Positions 18,001 to 26,136 of a stretch of 26,601 nucleotides of DNA are shown piece by piece. Made by a program: the position numbers and the translations under genes. Positions within the stretch are counted from its first letter, which is position 1; the number at the start of each line of letters is the position of its first letter. This stretch comes from Candidatus Velthaea sp. (GTDB lineage: Bacteria > Vulcanimicrobiota > Vulcanimicrobiia > Vulcanimicrobiales > Vulcanimicrobiaceae): contig CBDCCS010000023.1 of assembly GCA_965214935.1 (NCBI GenBank), positions 1 through 26,601 on the forward strand, in the 5' to 3' direction. A model generated the notes under the pieces. The model searched no databases. It was not told where the DNA came from and saw only the letters and a program-made list of their open reading frames with translations.

Positions 18001-18653
18001 ACTTTTTGATGCCGCTTGGCGCGCCGCACCTGAGTGTCAAGCTCGGGCATGCGGCGCTCGAGCTCCGCAATGAGATCGTTGACCCGGATCGCGTTCTGCT
18101 CGGTGCCGTCGAGACGGCGCAACGCTTCGGCCTTGCGCGCGAGGAACTTTGCGATGCCGGCGGTTTCCTCGAACAGCGACCGGCGTTCGGTCGGCTTCGA
18201 CGAAAGAATCGCGTCGATCTGGCCTTGCGAGACGATCGCGTACGAACCGGGCCCGAGGCCCGTGCCCATCAGCAACTCGACGACGTCGCGCAACCGCACG
18301 TGACTTCGATTGATGAAGTACTCAGACTCGCCGGCCCGATACGCGCGACGCGTAATTTGCACTTCGGCGACGTCGAGCGGCAGCGCCCGATCGTCGTTGT
18401 CGAAGGTGAGCGTAACTTCGGCCATGCCCAGCGGTTTGCGCCCGGTGTTGCCGGCGAAGATGACGTCTTCCATCTTCTGCGAGCGCAGACTGCGCGACGA
18501 TTGCTCGCCCAACACCCACCGAATGGCATCCACTAAATTTGATTTGCCGGATCCATTGGGCCCGACGACCGCGGTGATCCCGGGTATGAAATCAAGTGTC
18601 GTTGCTTGCGCGAACGTCTTGAAGCCGAAGACTTTGAGCGACTTTAACCGCAT
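15060..18653 (-). CDS. smc: Chromosome segregation protein SMC
   Basis: Walker A GPNGSGKSN, Q-loop SQG, long coiled coils, hinge GRATFLPL, signature LSGGE, Walker B LLDEVDAALD and VTHN. Confidence 0.97.
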   Translation of the reverse strand: MRLKSLKVFGFKTFAQATTLDFIPGITAVVGPNGSGKSNLVDAIRWVLGEQSSRSLRSQKMEDVIFAGNTGRKPLGMAEVTLTFDNDDRALPLDVAEVQITRRAYRAGESEYFINRSHVRLRDVVELLMGTGLGPGSYAIVSQGQIDAILSSKPTERRSLFEETAGIAKFLARKAEALRRLDGTEQNAIRVNDLIAELERRMPELDTQVRRAKRHQKVSARLRDLEIVAFLRATASRRQERDGVALRVGSLDEKGTVAAAQAAVLGSEVSVLRTALYTLELQLETERDAAQKARAELARFEAECAAAGARRDALVAQSSASSEDRERVERERAELRATAAQLDVRLAPLVAGADDLRERETAALAAVAHTRAGLDGIYTDLRAVETLAAERAASAAERRAQIQTARGDAERLDADIARLGTERADHAAHAELARAAVSARDELVRAREAEVAEQRELALDAQLRGDAAAARVAQLQTRYRAIAHDLASAQARLHTIEELEATLEGHVPGTRAVVEAAQRGELHGLHGVVSNVIEVDEIYARALDVAFGAGLSNLVMARSEDAERAVQYLRERELGRATFLPLDTLATREGRDLRDLAGRPGVVGYAHTLVRTAGAYTGIVAFLVGRILVVDVLATGIRLVRGEGFRDSIVTLDGEQILGGGAITGGRYRRERSILARRAQAQALREQLPELRAELETVERDGNAARSVVAACAIEREGALQAGGAAEVALRDVRTQLQSLAVDISRLEAEHAGAGQRATTMQVRRDEVAARLHALENLTDDSVDLSEQRTQLEGALAAARARIAEVEAAQAAVVAAASGVREEIAALGAQREGALTRLGLLDANAERAGAAREQMLVELDGLDGQIAGLQTQIALVREAVAGADAAVAAARREREAQGDAAAQKEAAERGAQRDEREATQAAQEHRRRLAEIDAELGMLQANFAQNPATDDEQRDVAERYAAEPADVSGELPRLREELARLANVNLNAEADRAELAERETHLRTQMDDLSRARETLLATIREIETACQTVFNQTFEAVRVQFEAMFARLFPGGQAKMWQTNPDNLSDTGVEISVAPPGKKMTALPALSGGERAMTAAALIFALIRVKPSPFYLLDEVDAALDDANVDRLSAMIREVASAAQILVVTHNKKTMELAARMYGVTMAEPGVSSIISATLDSQPNAPHPEIDDVREPVLVS

Positions 18654-18657
18654 GCGT

Positions 18658-19473
18658 TCAGAGTGGTGCTTTCGGTGGAGGTTTTATTTTGCGGCGGGCG
18701 CGAAACGCGATCACGCGGCCGTCGGATGCGGGTCCGGGCGGTGCTTCGTGCGACACCTCCGGTGGCGCTGCTGCGACCCATATCCGGCCGCGTAACGCCG
18801 CCAGCGCCATCGCGGCGGCGCTGAGCTGAGCGGTTTTCTTCGAAGCGCCGATGCCTTCGCCCAACACCTCGTCGCCGACCCGCACCTGCGAAATGAAACG
18901 GCGATCGTGCGCCGGCCCTTCGGCTCGCTCGAAGTAGGTCGGCATGGTGCTCAGCCGTGCTTGAGTCAGTTCCTGCAACGCCGTTTTGGCGTCGGCCTCG
19001 CCGAGTTCGATGCGATCGGTCGGCGCGAGATGTTCGGCTTCGACGAACGCGCTTACGAGTGTCAGGTCGGTCGCCAACAACAGCGCCGCGATGTACGCCT
19101 CGAACGCGTCGGCGAGAATTGATGAATTGTCGGCGCCGCCGGCCGACTGCATTCCGTGGCCGAGTACGATGAGTTCGCCGAACTCGAGCCGGCGGGCCGA
19201 CTGCGCGCACGACTCCCCGCTCACAAGCGCGTTTTTCCGCCGGGCTAACTCGCCTTCGCTGGCGTGCGGATAGCGCGCGAACACATAGCGCGCGGTGATA
19301 CAGCCCAAGATGGCGTCACCGAAAAATTCGAGCCGCTCGTTCGACTTTCCGGCGCTCTCACGAGCCGCCGATTCGTGAATGAAGGCCGGCTCGATCGCGG
19401 CCGATTCGACGTGGCCGGCACCGCTGCGCTTGAGCAGTGCGCGCAAACGCCGGCGGCGGGCTTCACCCGGCAT
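18658..19473 (-). CDS. rnc: Ribonuclease III
   Basis: NERLEFFGDAIL, ADAFEA and dsRBD (DAKTALQE...GPAH...G.G.SKK.AQ). Confidence 0.95.
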   Translation of the reverse strand: MPGEARRRRLRALLKRSGAGHVESAAIEPAFIHESAARESAGKSNERLEFFGDAILGCITARYVFARYPHASEGELARRKNALVSGESCAQSARRLEFGELIVLGHGMQSAGGADNSSILADAFEAYIAALLLATDLTLVSAFVEAEHLAPTDRIELGEADAKTALQELTQARLSTMPTYFERAEGPAHDRRFISQVRVGDEVLGEGIGASKKTAQLSAAAMALAALRGRIWVAAAPPEVSHEAPPGPASDGRVIAFRARRKIKPPPKAPL

Positions 19474-19491
19474 CGCGACCGCTGGTGTAGC

Positions 19492-20739
19492 TCACGGCGC
19501 GTGCTTTCCGAAGACCGCGACGGCATTGTGTCCGCCGAAGCCGAAGCCACTCGACATCGCGATGTCGACCGTCGCGCGGCGCGCGATGTTCGGCACGTAA
19601 TCGAGCCGGCACTCCGGATCGGGGTTTTCGTAGTTGATCGTCGGTGGAATGATGCTGCGCTTGATCGCTAAAATCGCGGCGATTCCTTCGACCGCGCCGG
19701 CCGCGCCCAGCAAGTGTCCATGCATCGACTTGGTCGAACTGACCGCCAACTGAAACGCGTGTTCACCGAACACGCGTTCAATAGCTTGCGATTCGGCCAG
19801 ATCGCCGAGCGGCGTCGACGTTGCGTGCGCGTTGATGTAATCGACTTGTTCGGGCGCAATGTCCGCGCTGCGCAACGCCCGGGTGAAGGCCAGCGCAACC
19901 CCTTTGGACTCGGGATCCGGCTGCGCGATGTGATAGGCGTCGGCCGACTCGCCGTAGCCGAGTACCTCGGCGTAAATACGCGCCCCGCGAGCGATCGCGA
20001 ACTCGCGTTCCTCGAAGATCAGGGCTCCGGCGCCTTCGCCCAGCACGAAGCCGTCGCGCGTCGCATCGAACGGCCGCGAAGCCCGCAACGGCTCGTCATT
20101 GCGCGCCGACAGCGCTTTCATGCTGTCGAAGCCACCCATCGCGGTGCCGATCACGGTTGCTTCCGAGCCGCCCGTTACCATCGCAATCGCATCGCCGAAC
20201 GCAATCTTCATATACGCCACAGCCATCGCGTCGTTCGAGCTGGCGCAGGCGCTCGCGACCGAGAACGTCGGCCCGCGCATGCCGTGCTTCATCGAAATAT
20301 TGGCCGAAGCGGCGTTCGCCATGAGCATCGGGACGAAAAACGGCGAGATGCGATCGTAGGCGCCCGTCGGCGCGACCGCGCTCGTGGTGTCTTCGACCGT
20401 GATGATTCCGCCGATGCCGGTCGCCATAATGACGCCGGTTTCCTCGCGCACGGCCGGGTCGGCCGGAAATTGGGCGTCGGCAATCGCCTCGTCCGCCGCA
20501 ACATAGGCAAATTGGGCGTACCGGTCCATGCGGCGCGCTTCCTTACGGCCGATGAGTTTCTCCGGCTCGAAGTTCTTCACTTCGGCCGCGAAGTGCGTAC
20601 GCAGCCGGGTCGAATCGAAGGCCGTGATCGGCCCGACGCCCGACTGACCGGTAATGAGCGCTTGCCAAAACGCTTCGAGGGTATTTCCTAACGGTGTCAC
20701 CGCGCCGAGGCCGGTGATCACCACGCGTCGTTTCTCCAA
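19492..20739 (-). CDS. fabF: 3-oxoacyl-ACP synthase II
   Basis: Motifs RRVVITGLG, SACASS, SRPFD..RDGFVLGEG, INAHATST, STKSMHGHLLGAAG and GFGFGGHN. Confidence 0.96.
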   Translation of the reverse strand: MEKRRVVITGLGAVTPLGNTLEAFWQALITGQSGVGPITAFDSTRLRTHFAAEVKNFEPEKLIGRKEARRMDRYAQFAYVAADEAIADAQFPADPAVREETGVIMATGIGGIITVEDTTSAVAPTGAYDRISPFFVPMLMANAASANISMKHGMRGPTFSVASACASSNDAMAVAYMKIAFGDAIAMVTGGSEATVIGTAMGGFDSMKALSARNDEPLRASRPFDATRDGFVLGEGAGALIFEEREFAIARGARIYAEVLGYGESADAYHIAQPDPESKGVALAFTRALRSADIAPEQVDYINAHATSTPLGDLAESQAIERVFGEHAFQLAVSSTKSMHGHLLGAAGAVEGIAAILAIKRSIIPPTINYENPDPECRLDYVPNIARRATVDIAMSSGFGFGGHNAVAVFGKHAP

Positions 20740-20834
20740 AACTGTAACGACATACGCGCCGGACGGCTCGCGCCCTGCGGGAACGGGCCCGAATTGAAGT
20801 GACGGCCTCGAGGTTGCGGCACGCTACTCGCGTC

Positions 20835-20843
20835 TGCTATGAT
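20835..20843 (+). promoter_or_regulatory. Extended -10 promoter element for rpmA
   Basis: TGcTATGAT ends 9 nt before ATG 20853; no Shine-Dalgarno is present. Confidence 0.5.
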
Positions 20844-20852
20844 GCCGTGGCT

Positions 20853-21134
20853 ATGTTCTTCTTCGACCTCCAGCTCTTCGCGTCCAAAAAAGGCGCCGGT
20901 TCGACCCGCAACGGACGCGACTCGAATTCACAGCGGCTGGGCGTGAAGCGCTTCGGCGGCCAGCTCGTCGTTCCGGGTAACGTCATCGTCCGTCAGCGGG
21001 GCACGCAGTTTTATCCGGGTCTGGGCGTCGGGATGGGCAAAGATCACACGCTGTTCGCGCTCGTTGAAGGGCACGTGAGCTTCACGACGGCGCGCAATCG
21101 CAAGCACGTAAACGTCGTTTCCGCTGCCGTGTAG
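20853..21134 (+). CDS. rpmA: 50S ribosomal protein L27 with N-terminal extension
   Basis: [29 protein letters not shown]...RQRGT...[10 protein letters not shown]. Confidence 0.97.
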   Translation: MFFFDLQLFASKKGAGSTRNGRDSNSQRLGVKRFGGQLVVPGNVIVRQRGTQFYPGLGVGMGKDHTLFALVEGHVSFTTARNRKHVNVVSAAV

Positions 21135-21168
21135 GATGCGGGCGGCGCTGCGCGGCGCGCTGCCGAAG

Positions 21169-21191
21169 AAGAGCCGAGCGGGCTCTTTTTT
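21169..21191 (+). terminator. Rho-independent terminator after rpmA
   Basis: AAGAGCC-gagcg-GGCTCTT followed by a T-run. Confidence 0.75.
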
Positions 21192-21213
21192 GTTCTCGGC
21201 CGGATAAGCAGCG

Positions 21214-22491
21214 ATGCAGTTCATCGACGAGGCGACGATTGCCGTCCACGCCGGGAGCGGCGGCGACGGCGTCGTCGCTTGGCGGCGCGAGAAGTACGTG
21301 CCGATGGGCGGGCCGGCGGGTGGCGACGGCGGGCGCGGCGGCAACGTCTTCTTGGAAGCCACGCCGAACCTCAGCACGCTGGTCGACTTTCGCTTCAAGA
21401 AAGTTCTCGCTGCCGAATCGGGCATTGCCGGTTCGACCTCGAATAAGTCCGGCAAATCCGGCGCCGACCTGATCATCTCGGTACCGGTCGGCACTTTGGT
21501 CTATCGGGCCGCGATCGACGCGGAAGGCACCACCGGCACGGAGCGGCTCTTCGCCGATATGAGCACCCCGGGCGAACGAACCCTCGTCGCCAAAGGTGGC
21601 CGCTACGGGCAAGGCAACCAGCACTTCGCGACCAGCGCGCGTCAAGCGCCGCACTTCGCCGAGAAGGGTCAGCCGGGCGAACACTGCGTGATTCGGCTTG
21701 AACTCAAGCTACTGGCCGACGCGGGTCTGGTCGGCTTGCCCAACGCCGGCAAATCGACGTTGCTGTCGGTCGTGTCCGCCGCGCGCCCGAAAGTCGCCGA
21801 TTACCCGTTTACGACACTCGAACCCCAGTTGGGCGTCGTGCGCATGGGCGTGGACGAGTCCTTTGTGATGGTCGATGTACCGGGCCTCATTGAAGGCGCT
21901 TCGGAAGGCGCCGGCTTGGGCGACCGGTTCCTGCGCCATGTCGAGCGGACGCGCGTGCTCGTGCACCTCATCGACGGCGAACGTTCGCGCGAAGAATTGC
22001 TGGCCGATAAGGCGACGATCGAAAGCGAACTGCGCGCTTGGAATCCGGCGCTAGCCGACAAACCGCGCATCCCGGTTATTACCAAGCTCGACCTGCCCGA
22101 AGCGCGCGCACGCTTCGAGGAGTTGACGCCCGAGATCCCCGGTCTGCGCGGCATTTCGGCCGCAACGGGCGAGGGCGTCCGAGAGTTATTATTTGCCGCC
22201 TGGGAAACCATCCGCGCCCTACCGCCGCCGGAGCTTGCCACCCCGGAGCCGGCCACGATCGATCTTGCGCCAAGCGAACCATTTGAGGTGCGGGTCGAGG
22301 GCCGGGTGTTTGTCGTAAGCGGCGAACGCATCGAGCGACTCGCGCAAATGACCGACTTCGAATCGGATGAAGCGCTGTTGCGCTTCGAGCAAGTGCTGGC
22401 GAAGCTCGGGGTGGAAAAACGCTTGCGCGAATTAGGCGTGACCGACGGCGACACGGTGCGCGTCGCGGGCGTCGAATTTACCTACAGCTAA
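21214..22491 (+). CDS. obgE: GTPase Obg/CgtA with C-terminal OCT (DUF1967)-like domain
   Basis: Gly-rich N-domain, GLPNAGKST, DYPFTT, DVPGLIEGA, TKLD and ISA; C-terminus LRELGVTDGDTVRVAGVEFTY. Confidence 0.97.
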   Translation: MQFIDEATIAVHAGSGGDGVVAWRREKYVPMGGPAGGDGGRGGNVFLEATPNLSTLVDFRFKKVLAAESGIAGSTSNKSGKSGADLIISVPVGTLVYRAAIDAEGTTGTERLFADMSTPGERTLVAKGGRYGQGNQHFATSARQAPHFAEKGQPGEHCVIRLELKLLADAGLVGLPNAGKSTLLSVVSAARPKVADYPFTTLEPQLGVVRMGVDESFVMVDVPGLIEGASEGAGLGDRFLRHVERTRVLVHLIDGERSREELLADKATIESELRAWNPALADKPRIPVITKLDLPEARARFEELTPEIPGLRGISAATGEGVRELLFAAWETIRALPPPELATPEPATIDLAPSEPFEVRVEGRVFVVSGERIERLAQMTDFESDEALLRFEQVLAKLGVEKRLRELGVTDGDTVRVAGVEFTYS

Positions 22492-22502
22492 GGTAGCCGC
22501 TC

Positions 22503-23099
22503 ATCAAGATTGGTATATTCGGCGGTGGCTTCGATCCAATCCATAACGGGCATCTGTTCGTTGCCGAGGCGGTGCGAGATGATATCGGCCTCGACCGGGT
22601 CGTATTCGTGCCGACCCGCAGCGGCGCTCATCGCACCGCCCCCGTTGCGGCGCCCGACCAGCGCGCGACGATGGTGCGGCTCGCGATCGCCGCGAATCCG
22701 GCCTTCGGCTTTGATGAAAGCGATCTGGCGCCCGAAGCGACCGGCTACACCGCCGATTTACTGCCGATTCTGCGCGACCGTTATCCCGATCACGAATTGC
22801 ACTTCATCGTCGGCGGCGATTCGCTGGTGCGTTCGCGCTGGAACCGGCTCGAGAACATCTTGCACCAATTACAGGCGTTGGTCGTGGCCCCGCGAGGCGA
22901 TGTCACCGGTGCGGAACTCGATGCGGCGCTGGCCGATTTGGCGCCCGCGCTGCGCGCGAAAGTCCGCATGCTCGATCTGCCGCTCGTCGCCGAGTCAGCG
23001 ACGCTCATTCGCAACCGGCTGGCGGCCGGCCGCAGCATCCGGTACCTCGTTCCCGAACCCGTGTACCGGTATATCGAGGAGTGGAGATTATACCGTTGA
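22503..23099 (+). CDS. nadD: Nicotinate-nucleotide adenylyltransferase, apparent ATC start
   Basis: KIGIFGGGFDPIHNGHL (HxGH), FIVGGDS, SATLIR and RYLVP..V.RYI. An in-frame TAG lies at 22494, with no ATG/GTG/TTG before the conserved N-terminal motif. Confidence 0.9.
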   Translation: MKIGIFGGGFDPIHNGHLFVAEAVRDDIGLDRVVFVPTRSGAHRTAPVAAPDQRATMVRLAIAANPAFGFDESDLAPEATGYTADLLPILRDRYPDHELHFIVGGDSLVRSRWNRLENILHQLQALVVAPRGDVTGAELDAALADLAPALRAKVRMLDLPLVAESATLIRNRLAAGRSIRYLVPEPVYRYIEEWRLYR

Positions 23100-24334
23100 T
23101 CGCGCCGGCCATGGTTGATGCACCGATCGGCGGCGTTCCCGCCGGCGAACTCGCCGCGACGTACGGGACGCCGCTGCACATCATCGACGTCGACGAATTA
23201 GAACTCGAGATTGAGCGCTTTGTGCGCGCCTTCGATGCGCGCGATATCCGCGTCGGTTACGCGGCCAAAGCGTTTCTGTGTATCGCGCTCGCCGAACTCG
23301 TCGCCCAGACCGGGCTGCGGCTCGACGTCTGCTCGCTGGGCGAATTGCGAACGGCCGAACGAGGCGGCGTGCCGGCCGGGCGGATATACTTTCATGGGTG
23401 CGGCAAAACCGACGCCGAACTTGCCGCCATCGTCGAGCGCCGGGTCGCCTTCAACGTTCTGGACAACATTGAAGAACTCGACCGGCTAGCAGCATTGGCT
23501 ACCGGCGGAGCACCCGTTGACGTCATGCTGCGCCTGAATACCGGTATCGAAGCGCACACGCACGAGTACGTGCGCACCGGCGGCGACAACACCAAATTCG
23601 GCATCGGCATCGACGCCGTCGGTCCGACCCTGGCGCATCTGCAAACGCTGCCGCAACTGCGCCTCATCGGCCTGCACAGTCATGTCGGCTCGAACATCGT
23701 TGACCCCGAGCCGTTCGTCGATAATCTCGGTCTTCTCATCGAATCGGCCGACGCGGCGCGCCGGCTGGGTCATCCCGTGCGCGAGCTCATTGCCGGCGGC
23801 GGCTTCGGTGTTGAAGCCGTGCCGGGCGATCCGCGCCCGCTCGACCTCGAAGCGCTGGCGCTGCAATTAATACAGCGCGCGCGCGCGACCGGCTATCGCG
23901 TGGCCGTTGAGCCCGGCCGCGCGTTGATCGCCCGCGCGGGCTCAACACTGTATAGCGTCATGGCGGTGAAACGCCAGGGCCGGCGGCGGTTTGTCATTGT
24001 CGACGGCGGAATGGCAGACAATCCGCGGCCGGCATTATATGGCGCATATCACCATCTCGACGTTATGCGTTCAGCAGCGATTGAAGCACCACAAGCCGCA
24101 ACATTGTGCGGCCGGTCATGCGAAAACGATGAACTCGGGTCGGTCGCAATCGCAGCGGACGTGCGGGCGGGCGACCTCGTCGCGCTGCGCACCACCGGCG
24201 CCTACACCTACAGTATGGCCAGCAATTATAACCGCTTCGGCCGTCCGACCGTCGTGTTCGTTCGCAACGGCTCGCATCGGCGCGTTATACGCGGCGAAGG
24301 TCCGGACGACGTCCTTCGGAACGATTTAGGTTAA
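23096..24334 (+). CDS. lysA: Diaminopimelate decarboxylase
   Basis: Motifs YGTPL, YAAKA (PLP Lys), KFG, HSHVGS, EPGR, DGGM.DN.RPALY, CE and GAYTYSMASNYN. The TTG start overlaps the nadD TGA; alternative GTG 23081. Confidence 0.95.
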   Translation: MIAPAMVDAPIGGVPAGELAATYGTPLHIIDVDELELEIERFVRAFDARDIRVGYAAKAFLCIALAELVAQTGLRLDVCSLGELRTAERGGVPAGRIYFHGCGKTDAELAAIVERRVAFNVLDNIEELDRLAALATGGAPVDVMLRLNTGIEAHTHEYVRTGGDNTKFGIGIDAVGPTLAHLQTLPQLRLIGLHSHVGSNIVDPEPFVDNLGLLIESADAARRLGHPVRELIAGGGFGVEAVPGDPRPLDLEALALQLIQRARATGYRVAVEPGRALIARAGSTLYSVMAVKRQGRRRFVIVDGGMADNPRPALYGAYHHLDVMRSAAIEAPQAATLCGRSCENDELGSVAIAADVRAGDLVALRTTGAYTYSMASNYNRFGRPTVVFVRNGSHRRVIRGEGPDDVLRNDLG

Positions 24335-24371
24335 ATTCGCGCTACCATGGAATGATTCGCAGGTTTCCCGC

Positions 24372-24400
24372 TTGCCATGTTGGTGACAGCACCATAAAAT
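24372..24400 (+). promoter_or_regulatory. Sigma70-type promoter of maf-mreB-mreC
   Basis: TTGCCA (24372-24377), 17-nt spacer, TAAAAT (24395-24400). Confidence 0.65.
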
Positions 24401-24406
24401 AGATTC

Positions 24407-25051
24407 ATTCAACACCAACTGCGGCCGATTCGACACCTCGCGCTCGCAAGCGCTTCCCCGCGCCGGCGGGAACTGCTTCACTCGATCGGCCTGCGCGTTG
24501 ATGTTATCCCCACGAGTTACCATGAAGCGCCGCTCGCCGGCCATACCCCGCAGGAACTCGCGCTCGCGCATGCGCGCGGAAAGGCCGCCGGCGCAGCCGA
24601 CGCGCCGATGCTCATCGTCGCAGCCGACACCGTCGTCGATGTTGACGGCGTCGCGCTGGGCAAACCGCACGACTTGGCGGAATCGCGCGCGATGCTCGAA
24701 CGCTTATCGGGACGCGACCATTACGTCCACACCGCTTTTGCATTGCGCGACGAGCATACGGGCCACATCGTCGTCGAAACCGAGTCGACACGCGTTCGTT
24801 TCGCGACCTTATCGACTAGGACAATCGATGCATACGTTGCCGGCGGCGACGGCATGGATAAAGCGGGCGCATACGGTATTCAAGGCTTTGCGGCAACGCT
24901 CGTCGAGCGCATCGACGGCGACTACTTTACCGTTGTCGGCTTTCCACTTGCCGCGTTTGCACGCACCTTGCCGCAATTCGGCTACGAGTTAGTCCCGCCC
25001 ACCCACACCAAATGGTCTCCCGAGACCAAGCTCACCGAGGCCGCCGTATGA
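24407..25051 (+). CDS. maf: Maf/YhdE nucleoside triphosphate pyrophosphatase; start codon unclear (ATT 24407 or CTG 24419)
   Basis: LALASASPRRRELL lies upstream of the listed ORF in the same frame; further motifs AADTVV, LGKP, LSGR.H, DKAGAYGIQ and VVGFP. Confidence 0.9.
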   Translation: MQHQLRPIRHLALASASPRRRELLHSIGLRVDVIPTSYHEAPLAGHTPQELALAHARGKAAGAADAPMLIVAADTVVDVDGVALGKPHDLAESRAMLERLSGRDHYVHTAFALRDEHTGHIVVETESTRVRFATLSTRTIDAYVAGGDGMDKAGAYGIQGFAATLVERIDGDYFTVVGFPLAAFARTLPQFGYELVPPTHTKWSPETKLTEAAV

Positions 25052-26136
25052 GTATCGCGGGCACGCTCCGCTCCACGTTCAGCCCCGATCTCGGTATCGA
25101 TCTCGGCACGGCCAACACGGTCGTCTTCGAGTACGGCAACGGCGTGATCGTCAGCGAGCCATCCGTTGTCGCTTACCGCGTAAGCGACGATGCGATCGTC
25201 GCGATCGGTAGCGCGGCCAAAGAACTCGACGGTCGCGCGCCGGGCCGTATTCGCGTCGTCCGGCCGTTGCGCGGCGGTACCATCTCCGACTTCCGCGGCG
25301 CCCACGCGCTCATTGAGACGCTCGTCGACCGGGCGATGCAATCGCGACCGCGAATCGCCCCGCGCATCATCGCCTGCGTTCCCGGTTGCGCCACGGATAT
25401 CGAGTGCAAAGCGGTCGAAGAAGCAATCAAAGCGGCCGGGCCGCGCACGCTGTGCTTCGTTCCGCAGGCGGTGGCCGCGGCGGTTGGTGCCGGCTTGGAT
25501 ATTGCCGAGACGCGCGGCCGCATGGTGGTCGATATCGGCGGCGGAACGACCGAGATCGCGGTGCTGTCGATGACCGGCGTCGTCGCGCTTCACTCGATTA
25601 AAGTCGGCGGCGACACATTCGATGCCGCGATTGCCGCCCGGTTGCGCAACGAGCGGTTCGGCATTGGCCCGCTGACGTCGGAACGACTGAAGATCGAACG
25701 TGGCTACGCCGGCCGTCCGCCCGGGCGCGACCCGTACCCGGTCGCCGGAACCGACAATGCCGCGATGCGGCCGGGCCGGCGTCTGGTCGATGAAACGCTC
25801 GTCGGCGAAGCGATGGCCGACGGCATCGAGCAGATCGCCCGCGCGTGCTGGTCGATCCTCGAACAAACGCCGCCCGACCTGGCGGCCGATCTGCTCGAGA
25901 CCGGAATCACCTTAACGGGCGGCGGCGCGCTCATTCCGGGACTCGCAGGCGAGTTGAGTGCACGAACGAATGTGCCGACGACGGTCGCCGACGACCCCTT
26001 AACGTGCGTGGCGCGCGGAGCGGGCGTCATTCTCGCGTCGCCGAGTCTGCTCGAACGGTTGAAACCGCAAGCGGACCGGTTGACGAGGTGGTATCAATCT
26101 CTACGTATCGGGATGAGAGAAGGCTATTCGCGGTAA
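25048..26136 (+). CDS. mreB: Rod shape-determining protein MreB (divergent)
   Basis: Motifs DLGIDLGTANT, EPSVVA, PLRGG.ISDF, MVVDIGGGTTE, GGD.FD, TPP.LAAD and LTGGGAL; ATGA overlap with maf; followed by mreC. Confidence 0.92.
   Translation: MSIAGTLRSTFSPDLGIDLGTANTVVFEYGNGVIVSEPSVVAYRVSDDAIVAIGSAAKELDGRAPGRIRVVRPLRGGTISDFRGAHALIETLVDRAMQSRPRIAPRIIACVPGCATDIECKAVEEAIKAAGPRTLCFVPQAVAAAVGAGLDIAETRGRMVVDIGGGTTEIAVLSMTGVVALHSIKVGGDTFDAAIAARLRNERFGIGPLTSERLKIERGYAGRPPGRDPYPVAGTDNAAMRPGRRLVDETLVGEAMADGIEQIARACWSILEQTPPDLAADLLETGITLTGGGALIPGLAGELSARTNVPTTVADDPLTCVARGAGVILASPSLLERLKPQADRLTRWYQSLRIGMREGYSR

Noticed and set aside
19714..20691. Long antisense or alternative-frame ORFs (e.g. 19714-20691, 24982-25866, 17315-18073)
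   Set aside because: These are shadow ORFs of well-supported genes in GC-rich DNA, Arg/Ala-rich and without motifs.
24377..24397. Mini-ORF MLVTAP* in frame with maf as a readthrough or leader peptide
   Set aside because: It lies within the predicted -35/-10 promoter spacer and its TAA is the -10 box, so it is probably not on the maf transcript.
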